This document shows positions 1 through 8,797 of a stretch of DNA of 64,000 nt, in pieces. The stretch is from IMG/VR virus record IMGVR_UViG_3300047089_000113, positions 16,595-80,594 of that record; one strand, given 5' to 3'. Each line of letters starts with the position of its first letter. Positions within the stretch are counted from its first letter, which is position 1. A program made the position numbers and the translations under genes. The DNA is from a virus. The notes beneath the pieces were generated by a model. It saw only the letters and a list, made by a program, of their open reading frames with translations. It was not told the origin of the DNA and made no database searches.

Positions 1-192
1 CATCTTCACCGTGGCACCCGACCTGGCTGCGGCCCGCAGCTCGGCAAGCTGGCTCTCCAGGTCAGCCACCTGGGTTGACAGATCCTCCGCTGGCGCTGCC
101 GGTGCAGGCGCTGCCGGTGCAGTCATGTCCGGTACAGGCGCATCCGGGTCAGCCGGAATAGCGGGGATGACCTCTGTCGGCGCATCTGCCAT
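1..192 (-). CDS. Virion/tail-region protein, truncated at the window edge (MADAPTEVIPAIPADPDAP...)
   Basis: Not in the ORF track. ATG at 192 follows a purine-rich RBS (GAGAGGAAG), the frame is open to position 1, and it is co-directional with the neck genes. Confidence 0.6.
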   Translation of the reverse strand, partial: MADAPTEVIPAIPADPDAPVPDMTAPAAPAPAAPAEDLSTQVADLESQLAELRAAARSGATVKM

Positions 193-205
193 CAGTTTCT
201 TCCTC

Positions 206-688
206 TCACGGCTGGACCGGGATGAGCGAGTAGGCGCGCAGCGCTAGCGTGGTCGTCGTGGTGAAGTCCACGACCACGCAGCCCTGCGCGGCGGTGGTGA
301 GCGCCTGGGTGTTGATCGCGCCCGCGTAGGTGACCTGCGCCGGGGCCTGCTGGTTGTAGGTGAGCGGCGACCACGGCCCCAGCCAGCCCACGGTGTTGGC
401 CGCGATCGTCCCGGCGATGGCAGTACCGGCGGCGACCTGGCCGGTGTTGCCGATCAGGTCCCCGACGAGCACCTGGAACGCGCCAGCGGGGGTGGCCCCG
501 CAGGCGAAGCCGAGGATGACCTGGCCGTTGTTCGGGACCTGCACGCCGAGCTGGCCAGCCCACGCGGTGATCGCGCTCGGGCTGCCCAGGTCGTAGCCGG
601 GCGTGGTGGCGACGATGAACAGGCCCGGCCCGGACGGGTTGAGGTTCAGCGGAATCGGCTGAAGGGTAACGCGGGGTCCGGCAGGCAT
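206..688 (-). CDS. Putative virion structural protein (beta-rich)
   Basis: 160 aa, G/A/T/V-rich, tightly coupled downstream of the tail-terminator-like gene. Confidence 0.55.
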   Translation of the reverse strand: MPAGPRVTLQPIPLNLNPSGPGLFIVATTPGYDLGSPSAITAWAGQLGVQVPNNGQVILGFACGATPAGAFQVLVGDLIGNTGQVAAGTAIAGTIAANTVGWLGPWSPLTYNQQAPAQVTYAGAINTQALTTAAQGCVVVDFTTTTTLALRAYSLIPVQP

Positions 689-689
689 C

Positions 690-1112
690 TCACACTCCAG
701 CTATCACGATGTAGGAACAGGTGAACTCATGCCGCAGGTCATTCGGGTCGAGCGGCAGCGGCGTCGGCGGGCTCCCGGCCCGGTTCGCGGCCAGCACCCG
801 CACGCCGTCCACGGTCAGCGGGTACGGCGCTCCCAGCAGCATCTGGTCCAGCCGCAGTGCCATGATCTCGGGCTCGTAGGGCTCATCGGTGGGTCCGCGC
901 ACGCGGGCCTGGAAGGACCAGGCGTCGGTGGCCGCTTCCTCGGTGGTGAAGCCCGGCCCGCCGGTAGCGGTGATGAACACCGCCCGGTCAGGCTCGGTCA
1001 GGATCTCGATGCCGGGATACAGCGGGTAACCCAGCTCCTGCGCCCCGTCCCAGCCCATGGCAGTGAGCAGGTCGATCACGACCTTGGTCATGGCGACAGT
1101 CGGCGTGCTCAT
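690..1112 (-). CDS. Tail terminator / tail completion protein
   Basis: Start MSTPT overlaps the upstream stop. GGPG...FQARVRG...LDPNDLRHEFTCSY pattern, about 140 aa, neck-gene position. Confidence 0.65.
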   Translation of the reverse strand: MSTPTVAMTKVVIDLLTAMGWDGAQELGYPLYPGIEILTEPDRAVFITATGGPGFTTEEAATDAWSFQARVRGPTDEPYEPEIMALRLDQMLLGAPYPLTVDGVRVLAANRAGSPPTPLPLDPNDLRHEFTCSYIVIAGV

Positions 1113-1615
1113 CCGCGCCTCCCGCCCAGGTGCGGCGGCGGCTCCTGCTTGTGCATCACGTGCCACCAGATCCAGCCGATCAGCTCGGGCGGCAGGTGCC
1201 GCAGCCGGGCCTTGATCCGCAGCTCGCCCTCGGTCAGCCGGTGCTGCTTGGGCTGCCGGTCGTAGACCTGGCGCTGCCCGGAGTAGACCTCGGGGTGCCC
1301 GGAGCGCCGCAGGTCAGCGAACTCCACGGGTGCCTCGATCTCCACCCGGTAGCTCAGGTGGTTCATCGCCTGGGCCATCGCGTCCTGGCCGCCGTTGTCC
1401 AGCACCTCGCGGGCGTAGCCGCCCAGGTACCCGTTGTAGTACTCGTACAGCGGGGACTGGAGGTAGAGCGCGTGCCCGCCGCGCGGGTGCCGGAACTCCA
1501 GGTGCTCGTGCTGGTAGTGGGCGTAGATCTGGTCCACGGTGACCTGCCCGCGCAGCGTATGCGGAGCGCCGGTCATCCGGCGAAGCTCCGCTATCCGCGC
1601 GCTGAAGGTCTCCAT
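1109..1615 (-). CDS. Neck / HK97 gp10-like head-tail completion protein
   Basis: YAHYQHE...HPRGG.A.YL..PL and APV....LRRSG motifs; start METFS lies just past the upstream stop. Confidence 0.6.
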   Translation of the reverse strand: METFSARIAELRRMTGAPHTLRGQVTVDQIYAHYQHEHLEFRHPRGGHALYLQSPLYEYYNGYLGGYAREVLDNGGQDAMAQAMNHLSYRVEIEAPVEFADLRRSGHPEVYSGQRQVYDRQPKQHRLTEGELRIKARLRHLPPELIGWIWWHVMHKQEPPPHLGGRRG

Positions 1616-1616
1616 G

Positions 1617-2159
1617 TCACCCCTGGCTGCTGCTCCAGCCCATGGCCCGAGGCGACCACAGACCGGCTGGCACATCGACTTCTAGCTGGTTGTTCACGAC
1701 CCGCGTGTTGCTGTCTTCCCCGGTGAAGATGTTCGGGATGCGATTGATGGGATGCGAGGTCTCGCTTGGCCCGACACCGCTCCCGGCCACCATGACGTCC
1801 AGGTCGATCTTGTTCTCGCGGACGTCGTTGAGCATCTGCTGGGCGCTCTGGTAGGCCACGAACACCGGATGGTCGGCGGCCATGACCTTGCCCTTGAGGT
1901 AGGTCCGCCAGGCGAAGAACGCGGCCAGGTCGAGCGTGAGGTCATGGAAGACCGGCGGCGGGGTGGCCGCCGCCGTGCTGCCGTCGTAGATGCCGCCGCC
2001 GTAGACGCTGACCCGGTTGGACGCCGAGTACAGGCACAGCGACAGTTGATCGTCGCTGAGCTGGGCTGGCGTGCCGGTCCCGGAATCAGTACCGCTCACC
2101 CACTCCTTCAGGTCATTGACCGAGGCGTAGAGCGGCCCGGTGGGCAGGGGAGTAGTCAT
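1617..2159 (-). CDS. Head-to-tail adaptor (Mu gp36-like)
   Basis: N-terminal YASVNDL, AS..V..Y, L..DLAA, and Y..A...L..V....DL pattern; position after the capsid cluster. Confidence 0.65.
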   Translation of the reverse strand: MTTPLPTGPLYASVNDLKEWVSGTDSGTGTPAQLSDDQLSLCLYSASNRVSVYGGGIYDGSTAAATPPPVFHDLTLDLAAFFAWRTYLKGKVMAADHPVFVAYQSAQQMLNDVRENKIDLDVMVAGSGVGPSETSHPINRIPNIFTGEDSNTRVVNNQLEVDVPAGLWSPRAMGWSSSQG

Positions 2160-2356
2160 GGCACCGACCAGGCCAGGAAGAACGCCGAGAGGCCGCCAGC
2201 TCCCCAGGCCCAGCCCATGTCAGCGCCGCCGTGCAGGATGCGGGAGAACTCCAGCGCGGCGATGAACAGGCAGACGGCGGCGACCAGGCACAGCAGCCGG
2301 AACACGAACCACGGCGACCGGCCGGTGTAGGCGGGAGCGGGAGCGGGTGCGGTCAC
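2156..2356 (-). CDS. Small two-TM membrane protein
   Basis: 66 aa with two hydrophobic segments; coupled to both neighbours by 4-nt overlaps. Confidence 0.55.
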   Translation of the reverse strand: MTAPAPAPAYTGRSPWFVFRLLCLVAAVCLFIAALEFSRILHGGADMGWAWGAGGLSAFFLAWSVP

Positions 2357-2574
2357 AGGTTGCCGCCTCCCGAGTCCCCTACGGGCTCTGTGTCGCCGGA
2401 CACTACCTGGGCGCTGGTCGGCCCGAGCGCGACCAGGTTGCCAGCGCCGCCGTAGGCCGCCTCCAGGGGTCCGCCGGGCGGGATGTCCACGATGGTGCCT
2501 CGCCTGACGAGGGTCGAGACGAGATCCCAGGCCACGATGACGTCATTGGCGACAATGCGCGGGCTGGCGGCCAT
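2353..2574 (-). CDS. Small virion protein, paralog of 5679-5882 (MAASPRIV...GAGNL)
   Basis: ATG at 2574 overlaps the TGA of the upstream gene; shares the G.xVD..P...GAGN motif. Confidence 0.55.
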   Translation of the reverse strand: MAASPRIVANDVIVAWDLVSTLVRRGTIVDIPPGGPLEAAYGGAGNLVALGPTSAQVVSGDTEPVGDSGGGNL

Positions 2575-2933
2575 CAGTTGCACACCCCCACGCCCCAGCC
2601 GGTGAAGCCGGACAGGGAATGCGCCGCGTACGGCATCGCGGTGATCGGGCTGTATCCAGGCCCCGAGGCACCGGAGTTGTAGGCCGAGTAGCCGGGCGTG
2701 TAGCTGGTGGCGATCGGCGCGGTCCAGGTCCAGGTGGGCGCGACCGTATAGGTCATCGAGATGGTGCCGCCGGGCGGCAGCGAGTAGTTGCCCGCGCCCG
2801 CGCCAGCGGTCACCCCGTTGATGCTCACGTTGGTCATAGTGCCGCCGACGATGGCGACCGAGACATACTGGCCGGTGGTGTTGGTCACCACGACCGTGGT
2901 GAGCGGGACCGCAGGTGTCGAGACAGCCATCAT
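2574..2933 (-). CDS. Small beta-rich virion protein
   Basis: AGGAGG RBS, T/G/V-rich 119 aa, ends GWGVGVCN. Confidence 0.6.
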   Translation of the reverse strand: MMAVSTPAVPLTTVVVTNTTGQYVSVAIVGGTMTNVSINGVTAGAGAGNYSLPPGGTISMTYTVAPTWTWTAPIATSYTPGYSAYNSGASGPGYSPITAMPYAAHSLSGFTGWGVGVCN

Positions 2934-2939
2934 GCCCTC

Positions 2940-3213
2940 CTAAATTCCCGAGCGCGGCGTGGCCAACATCGTCCTGGCCCTGCACGTAGGCTCGCAGGTT
3001 CCCGGCCCCGATCGCGGTGTACAGCGGGCTCGCCGGGTCGAGCACGATCGCCGTGTTCTTGACGAAAGTCGCCGGGTACAGCGGGCCTCCGGTGGTGCTG
3101 GCGTTGCCGAAGCCAGCCGCGCCGCCGGTTCCGGGCTCCCCGGCGACCAGCGTGGAGGCCGTGCCTGGGGCAACCGTCACGGTGGCGGTCAGGACGTACT
3201 TGTTCAGCGCCAT
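2940..3213 (-). CDS. Small virion protein, paralog of 5679-5882; stop codon apparently lost through one extra T
   Basis: MALNKYVLT...GAGNLRA matches MAKYILT...GAGNMRA. The frame reads GGG AAT TTA GGA where AAT TAG would end the gene just before the next RBS. Confidence 0.5.
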
Positions 3214-3620
3214 CAGAAGCCCCAGCCAGCCGCTGGCGGTACCCGCTCGGAGGCGAGCTGCGACGGGGTGAGCAGGAGCTGGCCGAACGCAGCGCCGCCG
3301 CCGTGCGCGCGGTAAAACTTGGCCACCGGGACCGACGTGCCGGTCGGCACGCCGCTGACCCGGACGATCTCGGCGTTAGCCGCCGTGTCGTACAGCAGCG
3401 ACATGCCGTTGGTGAAGGCCGCGCCGCCGCTGGCCACGGTGATCGCGGTCGATGCGGTGGTCACCGCGCCCGTGCCGGTCCCGGTCGGGGCCACCGTGCT
3501 CGCCGTGAACGCCCACTCGCACGCGCCGCACAGGTAGGCCGTGCCGGTGCCGATGAGCGTCCGCAGTATGTTGCAGCGCGGGCACGGGGCGAAGACGTTG
3601 GCTGGCACCAGTGGCGGCAT
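3213..3620 (-). CDS. Zn-ribbon plus beta-rich virion-associated protein
   Basis: CPRC...CGAC followed by a T/A/G-rich beta region; GGAGG RBS. Confidence 0.55.
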   Translation of the reverse strand: MPPLVPANVFAPCPRCNILRTLIGTGTAYLCGACEWAFTASTVAPTGTGTGAVTTASTAITVASGGAAFTNGMSLLYDTAANAEIVRVSGVPTGTSVPVAKFYRAHGGGAAFGQLLLTPSQLASERVPPAAGWGF

Positions 3621-3626
3621 GAGCGG

Positions 3627-4241
3627 TTACCTCCCGGCCTGAGCTTGCGCTGCCCTCGCTCGGGTGCGCTCGGGCAGGATGTCCTCGGCGCTGACGTACG
3701 TGCCGCCCGCGCCGGGGTCACCGTCGCTGTTCTCGCTGCCCGGCACCGGCTCACCGGTCTCCGGGACCTCCTGCTGGAGGATCGCGGATGCGCCAGCCGG
3801 GTCGGGCAGCGGCATGCCCGAGCCCGGAGCGGGCGTTGCGGGCTGCCGCAACGCCCCCGAGACCGCGCGTGGGGGGACACGCTGCGGTGCCTCGCTGCTG
3901 GACTTCGGGCCGGTCGCGGGCCGGATAACCGGCACCCTGCGTCCGTCTCCCGGCCCGTGCCGCATGTAGCCAGCCGCTTCCTCGGGCGTGAGATTGACCG
4001 TCTCGCCCGCCATCACCAGGTCCGAGCCGCGCAGCGGGTCAGTCCCGCGCCGGGGCACGTTCAGGTTGATCAGCGCGATGTACGGGTCGCCGGGCCTGGA
4101 GGCAGGCGTCTGCACCTGGCTCTCCCGCGCGAGCAGCTTGTTCATCACCTCGCGCTCGGCCTCGGACAGCGGGGTCATCTCCGATGCCTCGTTGATGACC
4201 GGCATTGGGCGTCCTGCGCCTGGCCGTGTCTGCGGGGGCAT
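3627..4241 (-). CDS. Hypothetical protein directly after the capsid gene
   Basis: 204 aa, TGATG-coupled to the major capsid gene. Confidence 0.55.
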   Translation of the reverse strand: MPPQTRPGAGRPMPVINEASEMTPLSEAEREVMNKLLARESQVQTPASRPGDPYIALINLNVPRRGTDPLRGSDLVMAGETVNLTPEEAAGYMRHGPGDGRRVPVIRPATGPKSSSEAPQRVPPRAVSGALRQPATPAPGSGMPLPDPAGASAILQQEVPETGEPVPGSENSDGDPGAGGTYVSAEDILPERTRARAAQAQAGR

Positions 4242-5152
4242 CAGACTCCGCTCAGCAGCACGATGGCCAGCGGCTGGTCCAGGCCGATGGCAGCGGCGCG
4301 CTGCGTGTCCGACCGCCAGGTCTTGCGCGGCTCGTCGCGGTAGAGCGGGCCTGCCATGAACGGCAGCTCGTCCGCGAAGAAGCCCGCCCGCTGGCGCTGC
4401 ATGATGAGCGCGTTGCCCGCCGGGACCTGGCGGGAGACCATCACGTCCAGGTTGAGGATCTGCTGCGGGAGCGTGCCCGTGTACAGCAGGTTCTCGCTGG
4501 CGATGTCACCGATGTACGGCGCGGCGAACGTGGCGCTCTGGAGCAGCGTGTTCTTGGTGCCGTGGTTGATGATCAGCGTGTCGGCCTCGAATCCGAGCCA
4601 CTGCGTCACGCCGCTCGGGGACACGATGTTGGCGTTCTCGATCAGGTAGACCGCCTGCATGATGTCGGCCCGGATGGTCGCAGCCGCGCTGGCCCAGGCG
4701 TTCGCCACGGCGAGTGTCTGGATCGAGGCGTTGGAGACTACCGCCGAGTAGAAGGCGGTGTTCCACGAGTAGACCATCGTGTTCTTGACCTGCAAGAGCT
4801 GGCGGGTCACCGGGTCGATGGCCTGACGGCGGCGCATCTCATCGGAGACCATGATCGCCATCGCGCGCTCGTGGCTGAAGACCACTCGCGGGATTCCGAC
4901 GCTGGTCGGCACGATCGGGACCTCACCGAACTCAGGCCGGATCTCCGGGTAGTCGTCGGCGTACAGAGGCGTGCTCTCGGCGTACCTGACCGCGCCGGAT
5001 GGTGCCGCCCCGCCCGACCGCAGCACCGAGTCCATGACGAACTCGTTGCGCGTGATATCGAGGATGAGCTGGGGGATGACCAGCGGGTCCTTCAGCAGCT
5101 CGTTGACGGTGATCCGTGGTGCATCGCTATAGCTCCTGGCACCAGTCGGCAT
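4241..5152 (-). CDS. Major capsid protein
   Basis: 303 aa with HK97-fold-like features (EFGEVP, terminal IGLDQPLAIVLLSGV); follows the protease/scaffold and decoration genes; GGGAG RBS. Confidence 0.85.
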   Translation of the reverse strand: MPTGARSYSDAPRITVNELLKDPLVIPQLILDITRNEFVMDSVLRSGGAAPSGAVRYAESTPLYADDYPEIRPEFGEVPIVPTSVGIPRVVFSHERAMAIMVSDEMRRRQAIDPVTRQLLQVKNTMVYSWNTAFYSAVVSNASIQTLAVANAWASAAATIRADIMQAVYLIENANIVSPSGVTQWLGFEADTLIINHGTKNTLLQSATFAAPYIGDIASENLLYTGTLPQQILNLDVMVSRQVPAGNALIMQRQRAGFFADELPFMAGPLYRDEPRKTWRSDTQRAAAIGLDQPLAIVLLSGV

Positions 5153-5163
5153 GACTCACTCCC

Positions 5164-5670
5164 TCAAATCTCGACTCGGCAGCGGCCGAAGAAGTAGGAC
5201 GCGCCGCCCTGGCCGCCGATTTGCTGGGTGAGCATCCCGGCTGAGATGCCGCCGGGGTGCGTGCAGCGAGCGACGATGAGGTCAGCCGTGCCAGCCGCGT
5301 AGGCGACCACGGTCCCGGCGTTGCCGCCGACCGCGCTGATCATCAGCGGCTGGCCGACGTAGGCCGCCCCTGAGTACCAGCAGAAGATGTCCACGCCGCC
5401 GTAGTAGACCGCCACGTAGTCAGTCAGCACGGAGATGTCAATCAGCGGCTGGCCGTAGGTGTTCGGCAGGCCGGTCTGGACGGAGATGGGCGCGGCATCA
5501 CTTCCGGCCACGCCGAGCGCGTAGTTGACCGAGGGTGTCGCAAGCGCCACCGTCAGGTCTGTGGTACCCGGCGTGATCGAGTGGTGCATGACCCACTGAC
5601 CGCCGTAGATCAGGCCGAACACCTGGTAGTTGGACGGGCCAACCTTGTAGTGCGGCAGGGCTCCTGCCAT
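5164..5670 (-). CDS. Capsid decoration/cement protein
   Basis: Gly/Ala-rich 168 aa (LGVAGSDA, G..L.....G.V) between the scaffold and capsid genes. Confidence 0.6.
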   Translation of the reverse strand: MAGALPHYKVGPSNYQVFGLIYGGQWVMHHSITPGTTDLTVALATPSVNYALGVAGSDAAPISVQTGLPNTYGQPLIDISVLTDYVAVYYGGVDIFCWYSGAAYVGQPLMISAVGGNAGTVVAYAAGTADLIVARCTHPGGISAGMLTQQIGGQGGASYFFGRCRVEI

Positions 5671-5678
5671 CGTTCCTC

Positions 5679-5882
5679 CTAAGAGCCGTTCGATACGCCG
5701 ACAGCTTCACCTTGCTGGTCGTGGACGGTGGCGGTGGCGACCGCCCGCATGTTGCCAGCCCCGAGAGCGGTGACCTCGGCTGGCGACAGGTCCACGGTCT
5801 GCCCCTTGACGTGCACACGGCCGGGTTGCAGGTAGTTGACGAACGCCACCTGCGCTGCCGTGGTGAGGATGTACTTGGCCAT
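5679..5882 (-). CDS. Small virion protein (GAGN family)
   Basis: 67 aa with paralogs at 2940-3213 and 2353-2574; ends GEAVGVSNGS. Confidence 0.6.
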   Translation of the reverse strand: MAKYILTTAAQVAFVNYLQPGRVHVKGQTVDLSPAEVTALGAGNMRAVATATVHDQQGEAVGVSNGS

Positions 5883-5885
5883 CGG

Positions 5886-6545
5886 CTACAGGCCCATCTG
5901 CTGCCTGGCGCGGTCGATGACCTCGCTGCGCGCCGTCTGCTCCGCGCTCGGCTGCGCGCCGGGCGGCTCGTCCATCGGGGTGCCCAGCTCCGCGCCCAGG
6001 TCGAGCATCTGCGCCATCTTGGCGTACTCGCTCAGCACCTTGCGCATGACCTGGCCGACGTCCACCCGCTGGCCGTTGGCCAGGTCGATGGTGTGCCCGG
6101 AGCCCTGGAGCACCGGCCGGGCCAGGTCGGTGATGTAGGGCGGCACGCCGAGATCCGCGAGCTGCCGCTTCTCCACATCGAACGTCTGCGCCTCGAACCG
6201 CGTCTGGAAGACGCCAAGCTGGCGCTCGGTCTCATCCGCGCGGGAGTTGGCGAGGTCGATGGCCATCTGCGCCTCGGCCGTCAGGCCGGTGGTCTGCATG
6301 GCATCGGCGGTGTCGGCGTCAAGCCCGGCCTCGACGGCGGCCAGCTCGTCATCGTCCAGGGCGGCGATCAGGTCGGCCAGCTCGGCGTCGGTCAGCTCGT
6401 CATCGGCTGGCGGTGCGGGCGGCGTGCTGCCGTTACCAGCAGGCGGGGCTTGCTGCTGCCCGAGCAGCCGGTCCAGGGCAGCCGGGTCCATGTTGAGCAG
6501 CTTGCTCAGGTTGGCCTGCTGCTGGGGGTTCATCTGCTCGGGCAT
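5886..6545 (-). CDS. Probable nested in-frame scaffolding protein (internal start MPEQ)
   Basis: AGGAAGTGGAGACC-ATG at the protease/scaffold junction, analogous to Mu I/Z. Confidence 0.45.
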   Translation of the reverse strand: MPEQMNPQQQANLSKLLNMDPAALDRLLGQQQAPPAGNGSTPPAPPADDELTDAELADLIAALDDDELAAVEAGLDADTADAMQTTGLTAEAQMAIDLANSRADETERQLGVFQTRFEAQTFDVEKRQLADLGVPPYITDLARPVLQGSGHTIDLANGQRVDVGQVMRKVLSEYAKMAQMLDLGAELGTPMDEPPGAQPSAEQTARSEVIDRARQQMGL

Positions 6546-7088
6546 GGTCTCCACTTCCTGTCCGGCGTAACTCGATCCGGTGAGGTCTATAACGAGTGAC
6601 GGCGTGTTGGCCGCCTCGATGGTCTGCCAGGCCCCGAGGCCCGGAATGCGCGGGTCCAGTGTCCCGAGCACGTGCTGAACGGCGGCAGGGTAGAACTTCC
6701 CGTCCGCGCGCTGGTACTGCTCGACTATCCGCGCCGATACGCCCAGGTACGGATTCTCCCTCAGCACCTGCTCGCCAGCCGGGGTCGGGTCGAGCGTGAT
6801 ATAGAGCCCGTCCGGCTCGGTCTGCATGTCCACGATCGTGCCGCGATGACGCTCCGGGTCATTGGTATGACTGTTGCCCGCGTCCGCGAGCTGGAAGGAC
6901 ACCTGGTCATACGCCCGGCTGCGGAACGCCTCTGCCAGCCCCGCCAGGTAGCCCGGCGTGAAGTGCAGCGTGCGGCCCTGGTACTGGATGTCCCCGATCG
7001 GCAGCACCCGCTTGCGCCAGAGCTTGTTGCCCAGCTCGATCGCAGTGCCCCGGTCGAACGGGGTCAGCAGCGCGGCGAAAGCGGTCAT
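5886..7088 (-). CDS. Prohead (capsid maturation) protease fused to scaffold, Mu gpI-like
   Basis: H (NSHTND), GVSARI...Y...G..Y...HV..T..P.I.GL protease motifs, then an acidic helical scaffold region. Confidence 0.75.
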   Translation of the reverse strand: MTAFAALLTPFDRGTAIELGNKLWRKRVLPIGDIQYQGRTLHFTPGYLAGLAEAFRSRAYDQVSFQLADAGNSHTNDPERHRGTIVDMQTEPDGLYITLDPTPAGEQVLRENPYLGVSARIVEQYQRADGKFYPAAVQHVLGTLDPRIPGLGAWQTIEAANTPSLVIDLTGSSYAGQEVETMPEQMNPQQQANLSKLLNMDPAALDRLLGQQQAPPAGNGSTPPAPPADDELTDAELADLIAALDDDELAAVEAGLDADTADAMQTTGLTAEAQMAIDLANSRADETERQLGVFQTRFEAQTFDVEKRQLADLGVPPYITDLARPVLQGSGHTIDLANGQRVDVGQVMRKVLSEYAKMAQMLDLGAELGTPMDEPPGAQPSAEQTARSEVIDRARQQMGL

Positions 7089-7699
7089 GAGGGTGCCCCG
7101 AACGACTGGGCGCGCTTGGCGAACTTGTGCGCCTTGGCGTGGTCCCAGCCCTTGGCCTTCAGCTTCTTCCTGATGCTCAGGCCCTTGGGTGACAACTCGT
7201 TGTCGTCGGCGTCGGGCTCCTTGCCGCCGTTGGCCATGGTGACCCGAGCGCCGTCACCGGCTGAGCGCGCGGGCGTGGCCAGGGCGTTGATAGCGGGCAC
7301 CCCGTACTGCTCCATCAGCGGCGTCTGGACCGGCGGCGGCTGGAGCGCCCCGTCAGCAGGCTGGTCGGTGCCCCGGTTCCACAGGCCCAGCAGCTCGGCC
7401 AGGGCTCCGCGCTGGTGCACATGCGGCCGGGTGGACGTCTTGCCGCCGTAGACCGCCCGCCAGCCGTCCTCGTCCCTGATCTCCCCGATCAGCGTGCCGC
7501 CCCTGCGGTGCCGGATCGACGCGCCGCCGGTTGCGCTGCGGCCGATCAGGACGTCGCCGGGCGACGTGACCGGGTATCGCGGGGTGGCCAGCTCGACCCT
7601 GCTGCCCCTGGTGCGGCTGGCGATGTAGGCGGCTAGATGCTCGGGGTTGCTCACTCCGCGTACGGCTAGTGCTGCGATGGCAGCCTGCCGTGAGGCCAT
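7085..7699 (-). CDS. Putative internal head protein with C-terminal basic helical hairpin
   Basis: AGGAGG RBS before ATG 7699; contains a VELA site; ends KKLKAKGWDHAKAHKFAKR. Confidence 0.6.
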   Translation of the reverse strand: MASRQAAIAALAVRGVSNPEHLAAYIASRTRGSRVELATPRYPVTSPGDVLIGRSATGGASIRHRRGGTLIGEIRDEDGWRAVYGGKTSTRPHVHQRGALAELLGLWNRGTDQPADGALQPPPVQTPLMEQYGVPAINALATPARSAGDGARVTMANGGKEPDADDNELSPKGLSIRKKLKAKGWDHAKAHKFAKRAQSFGAPS

Positions 7700-7784
7700 G
7701 ACGCCTCCTAGACTCTCAACGTCTACTTGAAGGCCATCGTAGGCTGCCGCGTCCAGGAACGCATGACCCGGTATGCAGGAATCT

Positions 7785-7928
7785 TCAGGATTGCTGCTGC
7801 GCGATGGCCTGATCCGTAACCTCGGTGGCAAATTCCTCGGCGCGTTCTTCGTCCATGCCCTTGCTCACCAGAAGCTCTGTCCACACGTCGATGAGGTACT
7901 GGCGATCCTCTGGTTTGACGGTCGCCAT
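7785..7928 (-). CDS. 47-aa acidic protein (MATVKPEDRQYLIDVWTELLVSKGMDEERAEEFATEVTDQAIAQQQS)
   Basis: Below the ORF-track cutoff; translated by hand; ATG overlaps the upstream TGA. Confidence 0.6.
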   Translation of the reverse strand: MATVKPEDRQYLIDVWTELLVSKGMDEERAEEFATEVTDQAIAQQQS

Positions 7929-8797
7929 CACAGCTTCTTAAAGAACTCGATGATGGTCTGGATCAGGAACGGACCCACCGTGGCGATGATCGGCAGGATC
8001 TCGGGAGCGCCCGACTTCACCGCGAGATAGGCCAGGGCACCGCCCGTGACGGCAAGACCGGCCTCGGTGGCGAGCTTCATCTTGGCCTTGCGGCCCGCCC
8101 AGGTGTCTTCTTCCTTCTTGGCCTCTGCCAGCTTCTGGCTTACGAGCTGCTGGGCCTGGGCCACCGCCTGCTGGGCCTTGCTCTCGGCCAGCGGCGCGAC
8201 CTGGGTGGCGATGAGCTGCTGGTGGATAAGCTGCTCGCGCCTGGTCGGCTGCACCTTGCCGCTGACCTGGTAGGCAACCTCGGCCGCCTTGTTCTCGGGC
8301 GCGATGTCCGCCGGGACCTTGATCTGCTTGGCCAGCTCCTGCTGGATGAGCTGGCGCAGGTGCTCGTCGGAGACGTCGCTGCCCGCGCCGAGACTGCCGG
8401 TGCTGCTGGCGTGGCGGGACTGGGCGGCCTGTATCCGCCGCAGCCGTGCCGCCCGCTTGGCTTCCGTGCCGACAGCGCCGCCGGGGCCGACCCACTTCCC
8501 GCCCTTGCCCCGTCGTTCGGTGCGCCAGGCTTCGTTGGCCAGGTCGATGAGCTGGCTGGTGATGGTGTCACCCGCCAACTGCCCCAGGAGCGTGCCTTCT
8601 CCGACCACGGGTCCAGTATCCAGCGTCCCGGCCAATCTGGAAAGCATCACGCCCGCATCCTGGATCTCGCGCAGCTCCGCGCCGGTCGCGGCGATGGCCA
8701 TCTCGCGCACCTGGCTGAGCGCGCTGGCGACCCGGCCCGCCGGGTCTTCCCAGGCCCATTTGGCGATGCTGAGTGCCCGCTGCCCGTCTGGTGTCAT
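7928..8797 (-). CDS. Putative capsid-packaged protein with tag, coiled coil and C-terminal hydrophobic hairpin
   Basis: LIDLANEAWRTERRGKGGKW internal tag, Q/A-rich helix, two hydrophobic segments at the C-terminus. Confidence 0.6.
   Translation of the reverse strand: MTPDGQRALSIAKWAWEDPAGRVASALSQVREMAIAATGAELREIQDAGVMLSRLAGTLDTGPVVGEGTLLGQLAGDTITSQLIDLANEAWRTERRGKGGKWVGPGGAVGTEAKRAARLRRIQAAQSRHASSTGSLGAGSDVSDEHLRQLIQQELAKQIKVPADIAPENKAAEVAYQVSGKVQPTRREQLIHQQLIATQVAPLAESKAQQAVAQAQQLVSQKLAEAKKEEDTWAGRKAKMKLATEAGLAVTGGALAYLAVKSGAPEILPIIATVGPFLIQTIIEFFKKL

Noticed and set aside
2353-3213. The 286-aa ORF as a single ordinary gene
   Set aside because: Its middle is an off-frame reading of gene 2574-2933, and the two ends are separate paralogs with their own starts.
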